Origin: Asterias rubens
Lineage: Eukaryota
Direction: 5' to 3'
DNA: 64,000 nt
NCBI RefSeq assembly: GCF_902459465.1
Contig: NC_047067.1
Coordinates: forward strand, 7,750,001-7,814,000
Made by a program: the position numbers and the translations under genes. A model generated the notes under the pieces. It saw nothing but the letters and a program-made list of their open reading frames with translations. It did not search any database and was not told where the DNA came from. Shown here piece by piece: positions 39,701 to 51,700 of the stretch (the stretch's first letter is position 1; every line of letters begins with the position of its first letter).

Positions 39701-42700
39701 CTAGGCGCATCAGGCACATCTTTGAAGAAAGAAAAGCAATGTGAAAATCTCCATGTTAAACAAAAAAAGATATGGTGTGTGTATTTGATAATTTTACACA
39801 ACAAGCAACATATTGGTACAGAGAGTTACATGTACAGCGAGTAAATATTCATGGTAGTGTTTGTTGGTTCTAAGGGAGTGATTTTATTTGTTGCTTGTCA
39901 TTAAGGAAACAACTATGTAGCACTTGGGGGAAAATGGCAGGATAGTAGAAAAGAGCAAAGGCAACAAATTTTTAAGGGTGTCGTGGCATATCAAAGAACA
40001 AATAAAACAGACTTCTAAAACAAAATATATATTTGCACTCTTGACTGAATCAATTTTCCCAACCTTAAAAACAAAAATAGACAAAAGAGTCTCACCATAG
40101 GCGTCCTTTGCAACAAAGCTCTTGGATGGTCTACTAGGTTCGCTCAATCCAGCCTTATTCTCAGCCAAGACTCTAAACTCATACTCCTTGCCTGCAGAGA
40201 GCTTGGTGACTTTGTGCTCCACGTCTTGCGGCTTGGCAACAACGCTCCAACGAGAGGAGAACTGCTCTTTCATCTCCAAGATGTAGCCGGTGATCTTGCT
40301 TCCGCCATCTGATGTTGGGGGCTGCCATGAGAGTATGGCTGATGTCTTGGTGACATCGGATACCTCTGGAGGGCTGGGTGACTCTGGGGTTTCTTTAAAT
40401 TTGAAAAATAAAACAGCAATACTTTGGATATCTAATACATCAAATTCATACGTGTTCTAATAAAATGACATTTGAAAGTTTAAAACATAATGACTCAATA
40501 TTTGTATTTGAAACAAACACAGAATTTTTTGTAAATTAAAAAACCTTTCTTTTGACAAGGTACATGTATGAGAACTGCCCATCAATCTTTCTCACAGGCT
40601 TTTACGAGAAAATATGAATTCCTTCTGACATTACATTTTCAACCTTTAAAATATCTTGAAAATAATCCTACTCCTCAAAAGAACCTCTAAGTACTGTTCT
40701 CGTCTCGTTGACCAAGGACCTTTTGGCTAATCGGATTGTAATTGTTATTCTCTGTCTCAATACAAACCCATGTCTTTAGGGACTGCCTACAAGCTCCGTT
40801 TCTAAAATGGATCCCTCTGCATTGTCATATTTGTTTTCACCAAGTTCTTGATATATCCTCATTGTAAAGTTGTATGTCTTTAAACTGATCGCTCTTGAAG
40901 GATAATGGCCTTTTTTTATACTGTGGAAAACAAATGAACCTTGATATTGTAAAATGTGTTGGTTGTTTTTTTAGGCATTGATGACTTGGTAATGTAAAGT
41001 GCGTTGAGACGTTATTGTGAAATGCGCTACATACGAACTTACCATAAGGTGGTTTGATCAGCACTGGTTTAGTATGGTCACTTGGTTTCCCTTGGCCAAC
41101 CTTATTCTCAGCAATGACTCTAAACTCATACTGCGATTTCAGCGTCAAGTCTGACACATCAAGTACAGTCTCTCGTACAGCCGCTCTATTGACTCTGACC
41201 CAACGATCCTTGTTAACATCTCTCTTCTCTACGTAATATCCGGTGACTTTGCTGCCTCCGTCAACCTGTGGCGGAGACCAGTGTAGAGTTACTGAGTTCT
41301 CACGTATGTTGGAGACCTCTGGCGTACTCGGGGCATCCGGTGCCTTGATCTGGTAGGACGAGATGTTACTGGGTTTGCTGAGGCCGGCTTTGTTCTCGGC
41401 AAGAATTCTGAAGTCACACTCTTGGCCGTCCGATAATCCAGTGATGTTGAAGTTTGTGTCTTGGACTAGGGTTGTGTTGACACGGCTCCAGCGAGGTGAA
41501 AACTTATCCTTCTTCTCGATGATGTAACCTAAGAGGTCCGTTCCGCCGTCTGATTCAGGAGCGGACCAGCTGAGGTTGACTGATGTTGGTTTAATGTCTG
41601 ATACTTCTGGTGTTCCTGGTGCTTCAGATACATCTAAAGACACAAGAGTAGATTAAACATTCATTCATAAATACCTAAGACAGTTTATCAATTCTGATTG
41701 GTCAAGAGGGCATCACGAGGGGCTGTTTGAACGAATGATATAACACCAGTAAAAAGTGTTGAAACATGGGCGTGACACGCGAGCTTGCACCTGTGCTTAT
41801 AAGACAGTTTCTTCATTCCTATTGGTCGAGAGCAACGGCTGGAACAGTTGTGCCACATCACAGCAATCTCCTTATAAGGAGTTGTTTACCCGACGGCCTT
41901 ACCATTTCATAGCTGGAGGGCTGTTGTGTTGAAAGAAATCATTGAACAATATAATTTTTGCATTTATTTTACTTTTTGACCAAAAAGTGCTGATGTTTTT
42001 TGACCGAAAATGTATTTATGAGTGGGAATCAAACATTGATTCCCTTACTGAAAGCTACCAGTTAAGTACTTTCCCAAGTACTGTGAAAAAAAATAGGAAA
42101 GACACTGCTCTAGATATGCAATTGTCGAGGGTTTGAATCCAACCCCAGTAACATACCTGTTATTTTTTTCACAGAACTCCGGAAAGCTTACACACATCGG
42201 CGAATAAGTTTAAAAGCAAAATTAATATGTAAGATTTCATGTTTTCTTCTAGTAGTGAGCTTACAACAGATTGTGCGCCTTTAGAAAGTCCAAGCTGGAC
42301 AGTACTTTTGTAAACATGTAATGACATAAATTACACGGTTTACATGTGATGGATAACAGATTCAGATAAATAAAATCCATTAAGAAACATCTGATAATTG
42401 CATAACGATGTGTGTACAATTGACTCACCATATGGTGGCTTGGCCACTTTGTATCCAGAGGACTCGCTCGGCTTGCCGACTCCAGCCTTGTTCTCAGCGG
42501 CCACCCTGAACTCGTACTCAGACCCTTGCTTCAACCCGCTGACGATAAACTCCACATCTTGGGTGCTGTAGTCGTTGACTCTTGACCAACGAGAGCTGAA
42601 GCGGTCTTTCTTCTCGATGAGGTATCCGGTAACTGGACTACCTCCGTCGGATGAGGGCACAGACCAGTTGAGAGTCATCGAGGAAGCGGTGATGTTTGAG

Positions 42701-45700
42701 ATGGATGGTTGCCCTGGTGCATCAGGTTTGTCTGGTGGATATAAGGACAACACTTTGATGAGATTGTGAAACTAACAATCAAAATTCTTGAATGTTGGCA
42801 CATCCCAGGGACTCGAACAAAAAATTAAAAAACAAACACTTTTTGAGAGCAATTTGTTGCATTTTTGTCACCAATTAATAATAAATAATAATTATAGTGG
42901 AATCTTATAGTGTTCATATCCCTCACTCAGTGACGCTCAAGGTGCTTCAACATTCAGTATTTTCCTGCAAGATTGGGAGGACTACTACTTTGATGAGATT
43001 GAAAACTTTGTAAGTCAAAAAATCAACATTCTTGAATAAAACATGTTGGAACATCCCCACGACTCAACAAATAATTTAAAACCAAGAAAAAATTCAGAGA
43101 AAATTTTGTTGCATTTTTGTCATCAAATAGATCATCTAAATCTAACATTGATGTTAACCATGTCATTTCTGGAACTATTTCAAACACCTTACACCAAAAT
43201 TTAACAATCGAATTGTCAAAAAAGAGCGGCATAAATAAGTTTGATTGCTATGATTTTCACTACAACTTGGTCAGAACTTGACTTTCCCTTACCATATGGT
43301 AGTTTGGCAATGGTCGTCTTGGAGGGCTGACTAGGCTCACCGACCCCAGCCTTGTTCTCAGCGCTCACTCTGAAATCATATTCATTTCCTTCAGTCAGGC
43401 CAGTCACATTGTAGGTCAGCTCGGTAACAGTCTCCCTGGTAACCCTGGTCCAACGAGTGCTCATTCTGTCACGTCTCTCCACTATGTAACCGGTAATCGG
43501 ACTTCCGTTGTCCGAGGCGGGTGGAGTCCATGTTAGGGTCATAGAAGTTGCGATGACGTTGGACAGGGATGGTGTACCTGGGGCAGATGGAATGCCTACA
43601 GCAAAAAAAATACGTAAACAATTTTTTAAAAAGTTATTTGAACAAACCCGTACAGTTTTTTGTGTGAATGACCTATGACTACAAACCTTTTTTTCAAGCA
43701 AAAAAAAAAGGCCTTAATTTTTTAAGGATTCTCCACAAGGCCTATTGTTTTAAAAGCTCATTTGAGCTAAAATTTGTAACATTTTATAGGAAACAAGCAT
43801 AGGGCTTAGTTTGAGGATCTCATACCCAGCTCATCCACCATTTAATAGTCTTTGCAACTTGTAGTCTTGAGGGATTTGATATCTTGAAAACATTGATATA
43901 TACTGATTCGAGAGGAAGGCTTACCATAGGGATGCTTCGCTACGACTGTTGCTGTAGGAAGGCTGGGCTTTCCAGCTCCAGCCTTGTTCTCTGCTGATAC
44001 ACGGAACTGGTACTCATTACCTTCAGTCAAGCTGGTAACCTACAAAAAGTTCATAAAAAATATAGCTCAAACAAAAATATAACAACTAATGTCACAGCTT
44101 TAACAGAAAGAAAGTTTTTTTTTAATAAAAAAAAAACACAAAAAGAAGAAAATACAAAAACAAAAAGAAACAGCAGTTTAAGAATAAATGCATGTAGTGA
44201 CTCAATGACACTTAAAACCTAGCCCACCCTTCTCAGACCACCCCTCTCCTTTCAATTCCACTGGTTTTCTTTTCCCTCCATTTATTTGACTATTTTCTGT
44301 TAGAAAGTAATTTTGAATACGAAGAGAAATATTCCCAAATTTAAAAGACTGATGTTGTACCTTGTATATCAGATTGGTGACTGACTCCCTATTGACCTGG
44401 CTCCATCGGCTCGCAAACTGCTCTTTCTTCTCGATGATGTAGTTTGTGATTGGACTTCCACCATCACTAGAGGGTGCTGTCCAGCTGAGATTGAGGGATG
44501 TGGCTGTAATGTCTGAGACATCAGGAGTTCCTGGAATGCCTGGAACATCTGGATGGAGAAACAGTTTGTACAAATACTTATATCTTACAGATGTTAAATT
44601 TTCATTGAAATAAAGAATATTAATTTTGGTTTTACAGAACTCAGGAAAATACTGAATATACAGTGCTTACAAACATTGATGTAAGGGTAAAACCAAAACT
44701 AGTTTACTTATATTTTATCCTCATTAAATCTCATACACAAAAGGGTGCAGCATGACAAATGGTGAGGAGAGGTTTCAAAAAAATTGCCTTCACTTTCATA
44801 ATTTCTACAAAGATTGCTATTGTCTATTAGGATATTGAAGACTTTTTTAAAAGAATCAAAAAGTCAAGAGTTTATTAAAGACACTTGACACTATTGGTAA
44901 TTGTCAAAGACTAGCCTTCACAAAGACCACCCTTGTCACACGAAGTTGTGTGCTTTCAGATGCTTGATTTAGAGACCTCAAATTCTAAATCTGAGGTCTC
45001 GAAATCAAATTCGTGAAAAATTACTTCTTTCTCGAAAACTACATTACCTTAGAGGGAGCCAATTCTCACAATGTTTTATACTATCAACCTCTCCCCATTA
45101 CTCATTACCAAGAAAAGTTTTATGCTAATAATTATTTTGAGTAATTACCAATAGTGTCCACTGCCTTTAAATATGGATAACCAATAAAGAATACTCAAAA
45201 TCCATGGTGACAATATACACAAAACGTAAATGAAATAATCTGCAAGCCACACCTATATTTACCGTTTACATAATTTGTTAACTACAAGACTCACCGTAGG
45301 GTTGCTTGGCAACCTTCTTCTGAGATGGCTCGCTGAACTTCCCAAGCCCTGCCTTGTTCTCAGCGGCAACGTGGAATTCATACTCCGTCCCTTCTCGAAG
45401 GTCGCTGACCTTGAAGGTGGTTTCCGTCACTGCGTATCTGTTGACCTTGGTCCACTTTGTGATGAATTTGTCGCGTTTCTCCACAGTGTAGCCAGTAATC
45501 GGGCTGCCACCATCGTTGTCTGGTGGGGACCAGTCGAGAGTCATTGAGGTGCTAGATATGTCCGAGAGTGTTGGGGCATCTGGTGCATCTGGAACATCTG
45601 TAAAAAAATTAACGAATAAACCCAAATAAGTTAACGCTGAGTTTCACTATAAAATATAATCACAAGTTTTTAAGTCAATATTGCAGGGTTTTGTTGTGTT

Positions 45701-48700
45701 ACAAAATAAGAAAAACAAAACATAAAAGTGTGTTGTAACTACAATTTTAACTACAGGGAACTTTTTATGTGTATTTTTTATATCAAGTAATAAGCCTTTG
45801 GGAAACTGACTGGATTTCAAATAATTTTTGTTTTCTTTGTAAAAAAACTTTTAAAGGGGAAAAGCAACGTCAAGGCTGTCAGTGGTTGTTTCAAAACTGA
45901 TGAATTGATTTATTTCGCTGTCAACTGTATAATTATCTTACCATAGGCTGGTTTTATGATCCTTGGCTCTGAAGGTTCTGATGGCTGACCAGCACCTGCC
46001 TTGTTCTCCGCAATTACCCTGAAATGGTACTCCTCGCCCGCTTTCAGGTCTCTCGCGACATACTTGGTCTCAGTTACAGACTCGTCTCGGTTGACCACTG
46101 TCCACCGAATTGAGAATCTGTCTTTCTTCTCGATGAGGTAGGTCTTGATTGGACTGCCTCCATCAGATGGTGGAGCAGACCATGAGAGGTTGGCAGAGTT
46201 AGCTGTGGTACTGTTTACCTTTGGCTTTCCTGGAGCATCAGGGACATCTAGGAAAGACAAATAAAGATTTGTAAAATAGGTTTCACTTGTATCCCAACAT
46301 GTACGTTACAAGCAAAAAGTAAACTATGAACAAATTACATGCAAACTTACATCTATAGAGATAAACCAAATATTTTTGGTAATTATAATTTCTGCTAATT
46401 AATATTTGATCTCAGCAGAATGAGGACTAAACAGGGCCCAATTTCATAAAGCCTAGAGGCACAAATTAATAAGCACAGACAAAATATTGCTTAATAGAAG
46501 AAACTGGTTACCAGCCATAAGTCCGCAACTGTGACTGGTGCCATACCATTTTTTGCTTAGCATAGATATTTACTAAGCAGTATGTTTGCTTAACAGCTTT
46601 GTGAAATTGGGCACAGGTCTTTTTATGCATCGATGTAAAACTTAATTGAGAATTTATATGTTAAATGGTAATTGGGAGGCTGATAGCTGGGCTCTAAAAA
46701 CAAGTCATTTTCTTTGCTAGTTCCAAGTAACAGTTTAAAAAAGTGGATGGTATTTGTGTTAAACTCTACTAAGTTCATTTGAATTTGTGATGTTTTATAC
46801 TTTCAGGGTCACTACAATTAGTTTGAAACTTTTGGTAATGAAATGCTGAAACTGGAATGAAAGTATCCGATGTTGAGTGTTAAGAGATAAAGATTGACTG
46901 CATTACATTAAATCTAGAACCTTTTTGTAAAGAAACGATGGAAATTGTTTTTGTTTATCTTTAGTTCTATCATAAGGAGGTTTGGCAACAATGGATCTAG
47001 AGGACTGACTAGGTTTAATCCATTAATCTAAACTCATACTCATTGGAATGAACTAAGTATACATTGTCTGTAGATTATGATCAAACAAATACATTTAACT
47101 TTAACTCAATTTTAACTGATTTTTTTAAATATTATTTTCTTTAACTTTATTTAGTCTTACCATATGGAGGTTTGGCAACAATTGGTCTGGATGACTGACT
47201 AGGTTTACCAGCTCCAGCTTTGTTCTCAGCAGTTACTCTAAACTCATACTCATCGCCTTCTTTCAGATTTTCCACGGTGAAGCTTGTGTTGGTCAACGAT
47301 GTTGGGTTGACTCTTGTCCAGCGAGTACCAAACTTTTCCTTTCGTTCAATGATGTAAGATGTGATCGGAGAGCCGTTGTCAGACTCTGGAGGAGTCCAGG
47401 AAAGAGTTGCGCTGGTAGCTGTGATGTCGGAGACGGTAGGAGCTCCTGGGCTACTTGGAACATCTGAATGAAAGGAAAATTAATATTCCTCAAATTAAGA
47501 GTTCTGATTGTTGTTATGGAAGTTGACTGAATATCCCGAATGTTCTTGTAGACAAAAAGACAAGCCACAATGTGGGCTTAGGGTATGTCAGGGCACAATC
47601 AAGAGCTCAAATAAGTCATTAATAGAACTGTCAAGTAGCTCACTGGATTTTTAAAATAAAATCTACTGTACATGTACTTTTGTATTTTTATCCAAATTAG
47701 TTTCCCTTGTTGTTTATAAATTAATCCAAATCAGAAGCAGAAACGTTCAGGGCTACGACCGAAAAAATTGTCCGTACTTTGGTAATTATTGTTAATGTTA
47801 CAACACAACTCAGCTAGCCTGAAGTTTCTCAACACGAAACAAGTCTTGCTATTGTTAACTTCCCTGCATTAAATAACTAGTTTTGTAGCTAATATTATTA
47901 CCATATGGGCGTTTGGCAACAACAGGAGAACACGGTTCACTGGGCTGTCCAGGTCCTGCCTTATTCTCTGCAATCACTCTGAACTGGTACTCCGAGTTCT
48001 CCTTTACATCGGTAACCTTCAGTGTAGTCTCTGTCACTCTATCTCTCGTGACGCGTACCCATCTCGTGCTGAAGGCATCTTTGCGTTCAACGATGTAGCC
48101 GAGGAGTTTGCTTCCGCCGTCCGAGGGAGGAGGGGTCCACGTTAAAGTGATGGAACGTTCAGACACATCGGAGGTCTTGGGAGAGCCAGGGGCATCTGGA
48201 ACATCTGTTTAAAGTAAATGCAAACATTAAGTCAAGTACATGTAAGTGTTGTCTGAAGCTTTGCAAGGTGTGGATGAATCGGAAGAAACCATAAATAAAC
48301 AGTAAACTTGCGGGTACAACCATGTGTAAATCTCTTTTGTGGGAGTGTTGGCTCTGAAAAGAGCCGGTGTGGTCTCGACGTTTCGAACAGTATACTCTGC
48401 TTGTCTTCGTGAGTATTCCCTTCAACAGGCGACCACACCAACTTTTTTCAGAGACAACCCTCCAACAAAAGAGATTTACACATGGTTGTACCTGCAACTT
48501 TACTAATTATTTATAGTTTCTTCCTGTTAATTAAAGTCTATAGAAATAAGTCACATCTTATAAACATCAAGACTCCTTTTTCAAAACTATTCCCTGAATA
48601 ATAATGGTTACCATAAGGTTCCTTGGCGATAGTTGGTGGAGTTGCTGGGCTGAATTTCCCCACGCCTGCTTTGTTCTCTGCTGCAACTCTGAACTCATAC

Positions 48701-51700
48701 TCGGTACCCTCTTTTAATCCTGTCACAGTGAAGGAGGTGTCATCAGTGCTACCAACAGCTGTCCATTTGGAGCTGAAGGGTTCCTTCTTCTCGATGATGT
48801 AGCTCTTAATTTTAGCTCCTCCGTCTTCTTCAGGAGGAGTCCAAGAGAGGGTCATGGAGCGGGCTGTAACGTCACTGATGGTTGGCTTGCTGGGTGACTC
48901 AGGAGTGTCTGTTTAAAAAAAAAGGAACATTTTGTCAAAGTGATGGAGAAAGGGACCTTACAGTATTTAGTGAAACAAAAGATAAGGATTACTCAAGTGT
49001 AACACAAATATCAGAAAAAAATGCTACAGATATTTTCACTTACCATATGGGAGTTTGGCCACAACCACATCTGATGGTTCACTGGCTGGACCTGTTCCCG
49101 CCTTGTTTTCAGCACTCACTCTAAACTTGTACGTGCTCTTAGCTGTCAACTCCGTAACCTTGAGAGTTGTTTCCTTTACAACAATCCTATTCACCTTCAC
49201 CCAACGTTCCTTTGAGACATCACACTTCTCAACGATGTAACCAAGGATCTTACTTCCTCCATCAGATGTAGGTGCTCTCCAGGTCAGTACAAGAGACTTA
49301 TCAGTGACATCTGAAACGTCTGGCTTACCAGGAGCATCAGGTGGTGACACCTTCAGGTAGGCGGGGTTGCTTGGCTTGCTCTGCCCAGCCTTGTTTTCTG
49401 CCGTCACTCTAAACTCATACTCAGTTCCCTCTTGGAGACTGGTGACGTTAAAGGTGGTTTCCCGCACTGAGGAGATGTTGACCTTAGCCCAGCGTGAGCT
49501 GAACTTATCTTTCTTCTCAATGATGTAGTTTGTGATAGGTGCGCCACCATCACTCTTAGGGGCTGCCCATGTGAGAGTCACAGAAGTTGGCTTGACGTTG
49601 GAAATATCTGGAGTTCCTGGTACGTCTGGAACATCTGTAATTGTGATTTATTTCAAACAGATTTTACTTTAAATTGAAATTGTCTGCAACAGATTTCAAC
49701 AAGTCTAACTACCAATAGAAGTCAAATATTGTTTTAAATAAACTTTGAATTAAATGCAGTATAAACCTAAAATACCCAGCTGAACTGTAAGCAAATACAA
49801 CAATTGTGACAACTGAAACCATCCGAAGTTAAATACCCTCACTAAATATCACAGTTAATATTTTTAGTTAAAAAATAGCACTTGTAGCAACAGATAGTGC
49901 ATGTCTCATGCATATTCAAACATTTTTTCGCTTTGCTCACACGAATATTGCTTAAGTGCATGAAGAAAACAAATCCCCGCACTGCAACAAGTCCAAATTT
50001 TTGAATATGAGTGAGACCTACATTAAGATTTTTCCTTGGATTATCTATTACGTCATTATAAAGCACTTACCATAAGGCTCTTTGGCAACTGTTGGTAACG
50101 TTGCCTCGCTGAAGCTACCCACGCCAGCCTTGTTTTCAGCAGCAACCCTGAACTCATACTCCTGACCTTCTTTCAGACCTTTCACTTTGTAAGAAGTGTC
50201 TGAAGTCTTTGCCACTTGGACCCACTTGCCAAAGGGCTCTTTCTTCTCGATGATGTACTCCGTAACAGGGCTTCCACCGTCTGATCTTGGAGCCTCCCAA
50301 GAGAGTGTCATGAATTTTGAGGTGATGTCACTGACAACTGGGGTGCTTGGAGATTTGGGGACATCTGATTAGAAAAGAAGTTGATGAAATGTTTATTAGG
50401 GTTTTTTTAAGAGAAAGATATTATCTCGGCAAATGTATGAGATTATTTTGGTGGTTTTTCCAGAGAAGAGCTTATTTTTTAAATATTAAATCACTAATTA
50501 AACTGTAACAAGTTACAAACAAATACAATCAACCGAAAGTTAAATTGGGTAACTGTTAAAATAAATTGGTTACAAAAGCATAAAAGAACGCATTACAAAA
50601 TTATCTCAAGAAGAATATATACTTACCATAGGGTAGTTTAGCAATAGCAGACTCTGATGGTTCGCTAGCTGGCCCCGTCCCAGCCTTGTTCTCAGCACTC
50701 ACTCTAAACTTGTATTCAGTCTTGGCAGTTAGATCTTCAACTCTGAAAGTAGTGTCCTTGGTAACGCTTCTGTTAACCTTCACCCATCTGTCCGTTGACG
50801 TGTCGCATTTCTCGATGTAGTAGCCGAGGATACGGCTTCCACCATCAGACTCAGGGATGCTCCAGCTCAAGGTGATGGCCTTATCAGTGATGTCGCTCAA
50901 GTCTGGTTTCCCAGGAGCACTTGGAGGAGTGATCTTAAGAGTAGCCGGGTTACTAGGTTTACCCAGTCCAGCTTTGTTCTGTGCTGTTACTCTAAACTCA
51001 TACTCTTCTCCCTCTTGCAGCCCGGAAACTGTGAATGTTGTCTCTTGGATTGTGGAGACGTTGACTTTGCTCCATCGAGAGCTGAACTTGTCTTTCTTCT
51101 CTATGGTGTACCCTGTGATGGGAGATCCTCCATCGTTAGCAGGAGCCTCCCATGTTAGTTTCACAGACGAAGGCTTCACATCGGAGATTTCAGGTGTGCC
51201 GGGGGCATCAGGAACAACTGCATCAAAAACAATGTTTCAAAATATACTGTCATTTATTTTTTATTAAATTTGTTTTGTGTTCGCTGTTTTGGTTGGTGTA
51301 TTATCTCAGTTTCTTATTCTGTTTTTTTCCCCAAGGTTTTTAAAAGAACACAACTAGTCGAATTTGATGTATATTAAAAATGATATAAAATGGTTGGTCA
51401 AAATATACCTTAATTATTTTTGTAAATCTTTAATAGATCAACTATAGTAAATTCTTATTTACACTCACCATATGGTTCTTTAGCTTCTGTTGGCACAGTG
51501 GCCTCACTGAAGCTACCCCTCCCAGCTTTGTTCTCTGCTGCCACCCTGAACTCATATTTCTGGCCTTCTTTAAGGCCGGTCACTTTGTAAGAAGAGTCAT
51601 CAGTCTTGGCAACTTGAGACCATTTACCGTATGGCTCTTTCTTCTCGATGATGTAGTCTGTCACTGAGCTGCCGCCGTCAGAGCTCGGGGCACTCCAAGT

